The notes beneath the pieces are model-generated. The model had not been told where the DNA came from. It saw only the letters and a program-made list of their open reading frames with translations, and ran no database searches. A program made the translations under genes and the position numbers. A stretch of DNA of 64,000 nucleotides, taken from assembly GCA_039621445.1 (NCBI GenBank), contig CP154954.1, forward strand, positions 26,486,954 through 26,550,953, given 5' to 3'. Positions 24,701 to 36,700 of the stretch are shown piece after piece. How positions within the stretch are numbered: the first letter of the stretch is position 1; each line of letters starts with the position of its first letter. The stretch comes from Euglena gracilis. Taxonomy: Eukaryota.

Positions 24701-27700
24701 CGCATAATGTGCAACCGCACTCACCTCTGTTAAATCTTTAATGCTCTCCCCCCCCCGAAATCCTTGTGCAAGCTGATTTGCTGCACGATGATTGCATGGG
24801 TGTACTCATGTCTGTCCATTTGCAAGAAACTCACGTTTGTTGCCAGTGGTCATTTTTTCCCGTTTTGAAAATACCCCTGATAAATGCCCCCAGTTTGAAA
24901 CTCGCTGTCTGGGGCATCATCCCCTTCCATCACCCCTTGGGCCTTGGGTCCTACAATACACAAGGAACAGGGCAAAAAATTGGGCAAAGCTGAGGAGGGG
25001 ATGACAATTATCCACTTGGATAAATGGAAAATAAAATCTCTATTTACATTGAAATACACTTTGAGTGCTTTGAAACCCAAAGTCATGTGTAAACCCAAAG
25101 AGAAAGTCGTGTATATGGAATTAATTAACTTTTTTTGTTCGTTGCAGAATTAACAGGGCAGGGGGCGAAAATTAGCACAGAGAGAGGAGTGACGTTTTCG
25201 GCAGGTGACAAATCAGCTGGAATAGAGGGAAACTGCAGGGGGGGGGGGCTGAAAAAAAGAACTTGAGGAAATGAGGTCCTTTTTCTGAGGTGGGCATTTG
25301 TTACGTCCGTGCGAGTTGCAATGCATTTTGGGACTTTGGGACTCCCCCTCCACCTGTTCCACGAGGAGTCTCTGGAGCAGCTGGAGAGAGTTCATCCCCG
25401 AGTTTTGATTGGTTTTTGTTGGGTTTTGAGGAAATCCAGAAAGCTGGGCCCCACACCCCAATCGCAGTGGTCTGCCCTGGAGCTTCAGCAGATGTTTCGA
25501 AAGGACTTGAATCTATTCAGAGATCAATCTCAACCCCTGAACCGTCCTACCCCGACTCGGAAACCAAGGATCCTCCTACGGTCATGGGAGTGCCAATAAC
25601 AAGACAAACAAGATCAGCGTATGACAAAGGCAGGGCTTCGTTTCCTTCAACCACTTCACCCACTCCATGGTGGCATTCTGGGTAGGGGAAAATAAGGAAC
25701 ATGGAAAGAAGTTGCCGGCTCTCCTTTGAATTGCCAATCCAATCAAGGTTTTAAAAGGGGGGGGGGGCAAATGCGGCAGATGGCTCTGCCCTGGGAGGCG
25801 GACGGTGTGGAGGTTGGCGTGCCGGTTGGGGTTGAAGAAGGGGTGCCGGTCGGGGTCCCGGATGGGGTGGAAGTGGGGGTGCCGGACGGTGTGGCCGATG
25901 GGGTTCCTGTTTGCGTGGCAGAAGGGGTGGCGGTTGGTGTCCCAGTCGGGGTGGCTGCAGTGGCAGGGCCCGCAGGGCCATGCAATTTTTTTCCCGACCC
26001 CTGGGGGGATCACTTCCACTCTTCCAAAAACCAGTCAATCACTTTTTTTCTTCTTCGAAAAACCAGTCAGTCACCGCCCCCCCTCCCCCGGGGTGGTCGG
26101 TCACTCTGAAATCCAAGGGAAGTTTGACCACAAAAGGAGGAAAAAGGCCCAAAAATTGCTGGTCGCTAGGTCACTTTAGTGTATTTTCGACCCCCCTGGG
26201 GCAGGGGATCTGGGCCAAAAACCAGTCAGTCATTCTGAAAAACCCATTCACCCACCCTGGGGGGGGGGGGTCGGCCAGTGACTAGTGATTGTATGTGCAG
26301 GGCCCTGTTTGGTGGAAAAGTCCAACCCTCCCCACCAGAAGTTGTCACAGCGAGTATAACTAGTTTAAGCCTGGGGCAACGAAGCCTGGGGAAGCCCTGC
26401 AGCGGACTTCCCATGGCAGTTGTACGAGGCCCAAAGTGGCAGCTTCCCGGGGGAAAGCAACATTCTCATGGAAATAATAAATTCCCCGGGGAGTGGGAGG
26501 GACGGAGATGACATGACAGATGAGAGATGAACGAAAATAAATAATAAAAAAAGGCAGCACAAAGGCGTGGCAGAAAGGCTCTGCACTGGACAGCGGAGGG
26601 TGTGGTCGTGGGCGTGCCGGTTGGCGTGGTGGAGGGGGTGCTGGTGGGGGTTGCGGACGGCGTGCCGGTGGGGGTGCCGGACGGCGTCGCGGAGGGCGTG
26701 TGCGTCGCCGTGGCGGACGGCGTGGAGGAGGGGGTGCCGGTGGGGGTCGCGGAAGGTGTGCCAGTGGGTGTGCCGGTGGGCGTACTGGACGGTGTGCCGG
26801 TGGGCGTGCCGGAGGGCAGGGCCAGAGTTGCATTCAAAGCCTGGGGATCTCCAGTCAACCTGAATGTGACCAACCCCTGGGGGGGGGGGGCTGTCTGCCT
26901 GGGTTGACTGCCCCTCCCCCCCCCCCCTGTGGTGGGGTCCACCATGTCTCAAAATTCAGCCTGCCTCCAGTGCCTGTTGGAGAGAACAATGCTGAAACCC
27001 AGGGGGAAATGCAGGAAATGGCGTTCGCATTCAGCAAATTGCAAAGATTTTGGTTTGGGGAATCAAAAAATCCTCTTCCTCAAAAATTTCACCGCAGAAA
27101 GAAAAACCGAGAAAAAATATCCTCAAGAAATGGGACTTCTTGGAAGGTGGCCAAAAACAGAGGGGAAGGGGTGGTCCCAGACCCCTCCCCTTGGAGGGGG
27201 GGGGGGTAAGGGGCCGACCACCCCGGGAATTACCCTGGCGCGAAGCGCCGGAAATTTCAAAAGGAGCTTCAAAAAGCTAAAAATTTGTTTTCAGGTGAAT
27301 TTCTTAACCAAATTGTCAAAAAAAAAGGATATAAAAGCATAAGATTTTTCAGCCAAAGTGCCAGGAAGAATGTTTTTTTGGCTCCAAGGAGGACCCCGAA
27401 CCCCCCCCTCAGCCCGGGGGGGGGGGGGAGCTCCCTCTCCTCTCCACCTGTGCCTCCCCCTTTTTTCAAACGATTGTCAGGAAGTGTTCAACTGCCTTCC
27501 CCAGAATTTTTGGGAAAAATAATTGGGGGTGGCATCTATGAAGAACCTAAGTTAGCCAGTCCGGGCCCGAAGGCAGGGTATCAAGTGAGCGTTGGTTTTG
27601 TACCTCCCGCCCCCCTTGCCCAACGACCAAGTTTGTCCAACGACCCCGCTCCCGGTCAGATGAGATCTCTTTGTATGCGATGTTGGTTCAATCCTTGTGA

Positions 27701-30700
27701 AAATAATTTTTATGATTTAATATCGCTTTTTTTGCATTTGCGTGTTTCAGAGAAGCTTTTTTTGCAATTTGTTGCGATGATTACCATAAATTGGCTGAAA
27801 ATACCCAAAATGGCATTAAAAAGGCCAATAACTCCAAAAAAATGGTTCCAAATTACCCAGAATGACTCAAATTGATGTAAGTGTGTGAGAGTGTGACAAA
27901 CGAAAAAAAGCTGTTTAAAGTTAGTTTAAAAAATTCCCAAAATGGCCAAAAGCGGCCAAAAAAAATGTAAAAAAAAGGCCAAAACAGCCCAAAATGGCCA
28001 TATACCTCCATGTGTGGCCAATTTTTTTGGCGGACCTGTCCCCCCCCCCAATCTGATGACCACCCCCCCCCCAGGTCAGAGACAGACATTGGCTTTTTTA
28101 GCGACCGCCGGGGAGCGTTCGATGGCCAAAGTAATCTCAGCAACCATTGTGCTCAAATAATGCTCAATTAGCTCAATTGAAACCAACCAAACTTGGGTCG
28201 CAAGTGTTCCCTGTTGCAAGGAATGGTACATCCTGCCCTCTGTCCTTGACACGCCAAAATACGGGGGAAATGCGGTTGACAGGGGGGGTGTCATGGACAC
28301 GCTGTGTTATGTGCAATGGACAAGAAAGAAAATGGCATGTTGGGTACGGGAAAACTGTAGTGCGGGGGAGGGGGGGAATCAACCAAGCACCTTCCAACAT
28401 AACGACACACCACGCTGCTGCTGGATCGATGGGGTCACAACAGGGGGGGCAGCCCTGGACGTATCGGTGGGCGTGCCGGTTGGCGTGGTGGAGGGGGTGC
28501 CGGTGGGGGTTGCGGACGGCGTGCCGGTGGGGGTGCCGGACGGCGTGGCGGAGGGCGTGTGCGTCGCCGTGGCGGACGGCGTGGAGGAGGGGGTGCTGGT
28601 GGGGGTGGGGGCAGGGGCTGAGCTTGCACGACCATGACGGCAGCCTCACACTTGTGGGCCCCCGGGGGGGGGGCACCAGTATGATGGGAGGTTGTCCATC
28701 CATGGTCCAGAAAGCGTGATGTGTGTACTCCGGGAACGTCTGCCCAATTGGAGTGGTTTTTTTTGAATTTTCCGCCAGGTGTGAGAATTAACGCCTAATT
28801 CAAGCCCAGTCTTATGCCTAAATGCCCAACCCCAACTTTTTCCTCCGAATATGAAATGCAAGGTGCGGGATCCATCGCGTGCCTGACCACCTCCACGCTT
28901 GAAAAACGTCCAAGGTTCCTCAAGGGGGATACAAGGGGACCATTAAGATGAGGCTGCCAGCATTTCTTCCAATCAGCCCATCGGTGCAAGTGTCGGTGGA
29001 TGTGTCTCATTTGTTATTAGTTGCCATCAAGGGTGGGGGTTGTATGGGAAGGCCATGAGGGGGGGAGGGTCGACCTCCACCGACAATGTCACCGCGCAAA
29101 AAAAAATATGATGAATCCAAAAAAATCCAAAAAAAATATGGGAAGGTGGTCGCTCAAGCTCCTGGAAAAATGGGAAGCTGGTCGTGGGGTGGGGGCAGAC
29201 CTCACCAAACAAACCCGTCAGTGATGTGGGGGGCTTGCCGCCCATCCCAGCCCCCCAGAGGGCTTCCGGGATTCCCATCCGGCCACAGTTCAGGGGGCAA
29301 GTGTTTGGGAAGTGTTTGGGCTTCAGCTCCCGGTGCAGACACAAATTTGAGTAGCAGGCAGAGATGTCTGTACCGTGCACGACCAGGGCTGTATGGGAAG
29401 ACCTGGTGGGCAGAGGTCGACCCCCCCCCACCACCCACCATCCATAGGCTTTCAAGGATTTTTGCAGCGCCGCCTGTTGTGCCTGAGCGAGGACATCCGC
29501 CGACGGCGGGCCTCGCTCGGCCAGCGGCTAGGCCAACAGTTGGGAAGCCAGCCAGCCAGGTGTGTGCACACGACGGACAAGCCGGCGTGTGCGTGGGCCG
29601 AGATTAGGGTGTCGGCCCTAATTTTTTTTAAGACCGGGGGCCCCCCCCCCCCCCCACCCACCCACCCCCTGGGCCCACCCCCAGGGGGTCCCAGGGGACC
29701 CACTCCATTTTCCCTGAAAATGGCCCAAAAATCGCGAAAAGTGCCAAAAATAGCACCTTTTTCAAAAAATTTGGTGCCTTCGACACCCAAAAGTATAACT
29801 CACCAGCCCCTGGGGGGGACCCCGGGGGGGGGGGGCTCGGCCGGACCCACCCACCCTACCCTCTCCCTCCCTGAGGGTCCACAATTAAAAAAAACCCCTG
29901 GCCGAGATGGAAAACCACAAGGTGCAAAAAAAAAGGCAGAGGCAGAAAACATGAGGGGCAGCAGCGGCAATTTCAATGCAGGTTCACCCTCGGTCCCTCC
30001 TTCCTTCAGGAGGATTGAGGCGCACTTTCTTGTGGGCCATTTTTGGAGGAAAAAAAATTCAACCGGCGCTCACCGTCACACACGGCTCAGCCCTGAGCAG
30101 CAGAGGGCGTGGCCGTGGAGGTGGCAGTGGGAGTCGCGGATGGCGTGCCCGAAGGGGTGGCCGACGGCGTCGCGGTGGGTGTTCCGGTTGGTGTGGCGGA
30201 CGGTGTGCTGGTGGCCGTCGCGGACGGCGTGCCGGTGGGGGTGCTGGACGGCGTGGCGGAGGGCGTGTGCGTGGTCGTGGCGGAGGGCGTGGCAGGATTT
30301 AGACGGTGGGGAGGGCGGCCGGCAATATGAACGAATGTGAGAAACATATCTGCCCCCCCCCTCGGGACATTGACCTGACAACTCAGCGAGTACGGGCGTA
30401 CATGACAACTTTCCAGTGCGGTTACGTGGCATGGTTGTGGACTTTCTAATGTATCACGTCAGCCATTACGCCACGTCAGTCAGTATGCACTCCAAGGTGA
30501 CAACTGCACGAGGGGGGGGGGGTAGGGGGGGGGGGCGAAATGAATTAAACGCCAGAACAATTTTTGGGGGGTTGATCACTCAGTCGAGAGCCAGGAAAGG
30601 CAGATCGGATAGGTTTGCGGTTGCTCAAAAAAAAAACACAAAAAAAAACACAAAAAGACGCAAATTGCAAGGGAAAACCTTGTCAGGCTTCTTTTTAAGA

Positions 30701-33700
30701 CCCCCGGGGGGGGAGGGGGGGGGTCCCCCCCCCCACCCACCCAGGGTGGCGCGGCCCCCCCCGGGGGGGGGGGGGGGCGGGGACCCCCCCAAAATCGGGC
30801 CCGTAAAAGGCAATTTTCAAAAATTTTCGGCGCTTCGCGCCGAAAAGGTATACCCAGCGCCTCCGGCGCGGGCCCCCCCCCCCCCCCGGGGGGGGGGGGG
30901 GGTCCGGCCCGGACCCACCCACCCACCCCCCCCCTCCCCCGGGGGGGGGGGGGTCTGCTGACTTAAAAAGAAGCCTGAACCTTGAGGTCCGAGATGCACA
31001 TCTTTCCATTGGAGAGGACTTAAAAAAAATTTTAGCTCCGATGGGGAAAATTTTCCATTTTCCATAAAAAAAAAAGCATTTGTTGACCAAAAAATGCAAC
31101 AATGACTAAAAAATGCCAAAAATTTTGGTCTCAGGGGAAAATCGAGGCCAAAACGAGAAATTTTCCAGAGTCAAAAATATTTTCATGGAAAAATCCAAAA
31201 AACGTTTGGGGGGGAAACAAAAAATGCAAAATAAATAGGAAGAGGCTCGGGAGTCTCTTGAAACGCCGTTCGAGGTCGTTGGAGGAGGCTCGATAGCCTC
31301 CTCGAATGCTGTTCGAGGTTGTTCGAGGGGGACCCCCAAAAAATTCAATTTTTTACTTCCTAAACTTCAGTCCAATATTTTTTGTACTTCGGACAAATTT
31401 TCGCCCAAAAAAAGTGCCAAGAATGGCATTTGGGCCGATTGGGGGAAACTTTTCCAGCCCGGCTCTTCGCGCCTGAAAAAGAAGGTCCGCTGGTCCCACC
31501 TGCCCTTCGTTGAACCCTGCCCCCCCCCCTTCCCCCAGGGAAATCGACCGCCTGCCCACCCAACACCCACCTAAAATCAACCGGCCGTGCTGGACTGATC
31601 CATGGGGTCCCCCAAAGCCTGGGGAGGGGGGCTTCCAACCCACCCACCCACTCTTGAAAACTCAACCTCCCATGGGAGGGGTCACACAAAGCGTTAAATG
31701 AATGAACCTAATATCACACGCTCTTGATGTCTATGTTCTGGGATTGTGCCGTTCACGCGGGTAGGTGTCATGGACGGGGAGGGAGGGAGGGCGGGCAGCA
31801 ATCCAGCAAATTGGACGGTGGCAAACTATCCGTTTCCATCGAACAAGTTGGCTGGAGGCGGGGACCTTGATTGTTTTGACTACTCAAATAGTACCAGAGG
31901 CCAGACAATTTCCCCGGCATGGAGGTATCCAAACCAGTGGAAGGAAAGGATGCCAATGAAACAAATGCAAAGTTGGGGAACGTTGGGGTACTCATGAGCA
32001 AATATACATTATCATATCTTAAATTGAAATTGGGGGCAAGGTGTATCTGTTTCGAGCGGGAAGAAATGTTGGCTGCAAAAAAAAGGGTGTTGAGGCAGTG
32101 TGCGCTCGAGTGGCTGGCCCTCTGCGCCGCCTAAAACAGAAGGGGTGCCTGAAGGCGTGGCTGTTGGAGTTGCGGTGGAGGTACCAGATGAAGTGGTGGT
32201 GGGTGTGCTGCTGGGGGTGGGCGCAGGGGCAAAGCAGAAAATACCACGCCACACGGCGCTTTTGCGGGCTGGACCTATTCGCGCCACTGCAGAACCTCGA
32301 AGAGCATGGAGCAAGGTCGGACGCACAGACAGGAGTGGTCGTGACACCGCCCCATTCTGATCCCGAAGAAGAACCCCTCCCCAAGGTTTTGGCTCCTTGG
32401 GGGGTCTTAAACAGGTGGGACATAGAAGTCTGAGTGCCGTTTGTGTGTGAGGCTACTGTCTGAACAAATTGCCCGTGGCATTACATTTTTCCAATTGTCC
32501 TTAGGGGTTAAAGCTGACGGACTCAATGCGAAGCTTGTTGATGCCTGTTGATGTTGATGCGATGTGGTGCAGGCTTGTTTTAAGAACACAGGGGGAAGTG
32601 GGATGATACCTTCTGCTGTGTGGTGCCCACCACAATCCCTGGGGGGGGGGGTCGATGAGCTCTAATCCTTTGATGGGTAAGAGCGAAACCCACCACCAAG
32701 AAAAACCCTCCTCTGACCCCCCATGCAAAAATGGCTGATGAGAACGATGGGAAGTCAGTCATTTTATTGGGATGAAGATTTTTCGTAGAATTTTCCTTTG
32801 TGATGAAAAGCAATATGCGACCCTTTGCCAATATGCGACACCTGGCCAAAAAAAAGATAACCACCTTTAAGACGAATTTGCAGGGTCGCACCTATTCAGG
32901 ATGCAAATCTGACCCCCCCCTCCCCATGACCCAGTAGCCCATTCCAGGAACTTTGTTTCAATGAAAAATGGCCATTGAGTTCCAGGATTCCAGGAGAGTT
33001 GCGCTTCTGATTTACCTAATTTGCACCAAGTTCGAGTATGTCTGTTTGACTTGGTCTAGCACCAAAAAGGACTGCAAAAAAACACACAATTTCTGCAAAA
33101 AACGTGCATTTTGGAAATAAATACATTGCCCCAGGAAACTGCCACCTGACAAGTACAATACCAGGACCCTAATAACTCTCTCTAATGACGGGTTGGCGAG
33201 TACCGGGGACCCTGACAGTTTCCGAGGCAGGAACCTAACACACAGAGGGGGTAATGGCCGCACAGCATACTTATGACCCCACCTGCTGCACCCAGCATGG
33301 GCTCGCAGGTCCATTGTTTCCCTGCTGCGGGGACCCCAAGAGTCCTGCCTGCTCATAGCACCCCTTTGGGGGGAGGATCCTTCCTTTAAAAAAAAATGTG
33401 CACACACACACACATACTCACTCACTCATCACTCACTCACTCACTCACTCACTCACTCACTCACTCACTCACTCACTCACTCACTCACTCACTCACTCAC
33501 TCACTCACTCACTCACTCACGCACGCACGCACGCACTCACTCACTCACTTGCATGCATGTACACTTGTATGAGTGAGTGAGTGAACACGTGCATGCACAC
33601 TCACCATTCACTCATTCATACACACGTATGCACAGGCGCAATCATACAGACACATGCAGAAACGCACACAGCATTGCCCTGGGCGGCGGACGGCGTCCCC

Positions 33701-36700
33701 GTGGGTGTTCCGGTTGGCGTGCCAGAGGGGGTACTGGTGGCCGTTACAGACGGCGTGCCGGAGGGGGTGCCGGACGGCGTGGAGGTAGGGGTCGCCGTGG
33801 AGGAGGCGGTGGGCGTGCTGCTCGGCGTGGGGGAGGCTGGGGCCTGGCGCAGGAGTCTGGTGCCGCTGTGCCCCGGGGGTTGCTATTAGGCTCCTTTTTA
33901 AGGCCCCACGGCGCAGGGGGGGGGGGGCACACACCTGGCCTGGACCCACGCCGGGGAGGGGGAGGGGGGTGGCGGAGGCCCCAGAAAATCTGGCTGCCTA
34001 AAATCATTTCGAAAAAAAAATTCGGTTCTTTGCGCCGAAATCCAGACGCGGGCCTCTGGCCCAGGACCCCCTTGGGGGGGGGTCTGGCCCCAGACCCACC
34101 CCCCTCCCCCGGAGGGGGGGTCTTCTGAGTTGAAAAAAATCCTGGTTGGAATACCCCAGGGGGAGGGAACAATGAAATTATTATTATTATATATTATTTT
34201 TCTTAAAATATGCACGATTGCACGGTAATTATACGGGATCATGCGGGGGGGAGGGGGAAGCGGTGGTGAAGACATGTGGGTTGATGGGAAACGATGTGAA
34301 AGAATGGGGGTGAACTGCATGATACTACCCGCGCTTTAAGAACACATGTTTTGCCTCTCTTCCCAGGTGGAACCCCCCCCCAACAAATAATGAAGCCCCT
34401 GAGGACCGACTTTGACAGCCTAAATAATAGCCCTCCCTTTGAGTCAAATGAAAAAGAATCACCGAGATCACCAGAGACATGGAAAATCACAAAAATCAAA
34501 AATTGGGTGGGAATAACAAAAAGAAAGGCACCCATTGCACAAAAAAAAGTATGAAGAACCAAAGAAAGAGGGGACTAGGCCGAGTGCATCTTTTTTGGGT
34601 CAATTCTCGATCTCAAAAATTACTCGACATCCTGAGGGATAATGCAGACCGCAGGGCTTGCACAGGATGGTGATCTTTCCCTCTCTGGACCCCACCAAAA
34701 AACATACCAGGGCATATTCAACTTGTCAAATGCTGTTCCTCAGAAAAATCTGAATAGGTGGGGCTTTCACAGGGATTTCAACCTCTCCTTTTGAACCCTT
34801 GAGTCCAAGCAACGCTGGGAACAAGAGCGGCAATCTCTGCAGAACGAGCGGCAGCCTGCAATCAATTCTCTTTTGCCCTTGCTGTTCCCTTTTGAATTTT
34901 GAGATTTTAAACTTCCAGGCGTTCTTGCAACCAAATCGTTTTTTTTACCCCAGCTGTGGAGAGGTGGTCCCTGGGGGGAGGGGGTGGTCCTTGGGAAAAC
35001 CAAAACATAACCTTAAAAAAACAAAAAACCTCAAAACAAAAAAATTTATTTATTTATTTATTATTTATTATTATTTATTTATTTATCCACATGCCAGGGT
35101 GTGGCAGTGGCGGTGTGGGTGGTGGTGCTGGTGGGGGTGGGGGTCGGGGTGCTGGACAGCGTGGCGGTAGGGGTCGCAGTGTCGGTTTCCGAGGCGGTGC
35201 CTGTGGTGGAGGGGGTGGCGGAGGGAGTGGCGGAGGGGGTAGCGGTAGGGGTGCTGGAGGCGGTGGCGGTGGGGGTGGAGCTGGTTGTCGGTGTCGCGGT
35301 GCCGGTTGAGAGCTGGAGCCCATTCAATGGTTTGCCCAGATGGAAGGGGTAATTGTGGGTGGGTCATTCTCAACCTGCACCTTGCAGGGTCGCACGCTAC
35401 ACCAGAAAAAACCCCACATATTCTGCTGCTGGTCGGAGCTTGCCAGAAGAGGTGGCCAGCAACTGAATCGTCTCAAACCATCAGAGAAAAATCAGGTGAT
35501 TATGAATAGGGCCCATGTCGAGGTTCTGGTCGTGGTCGGGGTGGAAGTATCGGTGGCGGTGCGGGTGGGGGTGGGGGTGGGGGTGGGGGTGGGCGACGGG
35601 GTGAAGGTGGGGATGACGGTCAGGGTGCCACTAGCGGTGGGGGTGTCCGTCTCCGTGACCGTGTCAGTCTCCGTGGGGCTGGCTGTGGAGGTCGCGGTCC
35701 GGGTCGGAGTACTGGTGGGCGTGGCGGTGGCCGTCGCTGTGCCTGTGGAGGTGATGGTGGCGCTGGGAGTTTGGGTCGGGATGACAGTGGCGGTTTGGGT
35801 GCTGGTGGATGTGCCCGTGAGAGAGGTCGTCCCCGTAAAAGTACGTGTTGTGGTTGGGGTTGCGGTCTCTGTGGCGGTTGCTTCTGCAACCCACCTTCTT
35901 CCCCCAGGGGGAGGGGGGTTCAGCCAGATATGGATGCAAACATTCAAGCCATTGAGAAAACAATGTAAATTTTCCGGGGACCACCCCAATGCTGTCCCCA
36001 GGGACCACCATTTCAGGATGGAACAATTTGATTTCTCCCTTTTTAATTAGTTTTGTACGCTATTGCACCATTTCACCACACAGAAAACAACCAATTTATT
36101 TATTATTATTTATTTATTTATGCCCAAAAATTAACGAAATCTGAAAACTGAAACACTTGCTTCTCCTATAGTTTGTTATGTTGGTTGCCAAATCACAATC
36201 CCAAGGGAGGTCTTTGAGTGAGTGGGGTGCACATTTACCTTTTCCATTGAAAAAAAAACTCGGCAATTCCATTTGAAGATATAACTTCCAAAATGTGATA
36301 AAAATTAAAAAACTATCTGTGTTTTAAGAGCAGCAATTTTTGATTTCCTCGATAAAATATACCCTTCCTGAATATTCACCCCATAGTCATTAGAATTCTG
36401 CCCAAAGAGAAAACATAACGCCGAACCTCCCCTCCTGTTTGACTTAAGGGCAAGAAGCAGGGGGTGCTGATTTGGCCAAAAATATAGACCCAAAACAGAA
36501 TAAACGGGGTGGTGGGTTGACAAGGGGGAACCTGAATTAAAAAAAATATATATTCTTCGCACTTTACTTTTCTTCCATTTTTGGTATCCATTTTGGGGGG
36601 AAATTGACAATATCTCACCGACAAAACATGTTGGCTTTGCTTTCAGTATAAATTTTTATTATTTGAATTTGTTAAATAAAATTATTAAATTTTGGGTTTT

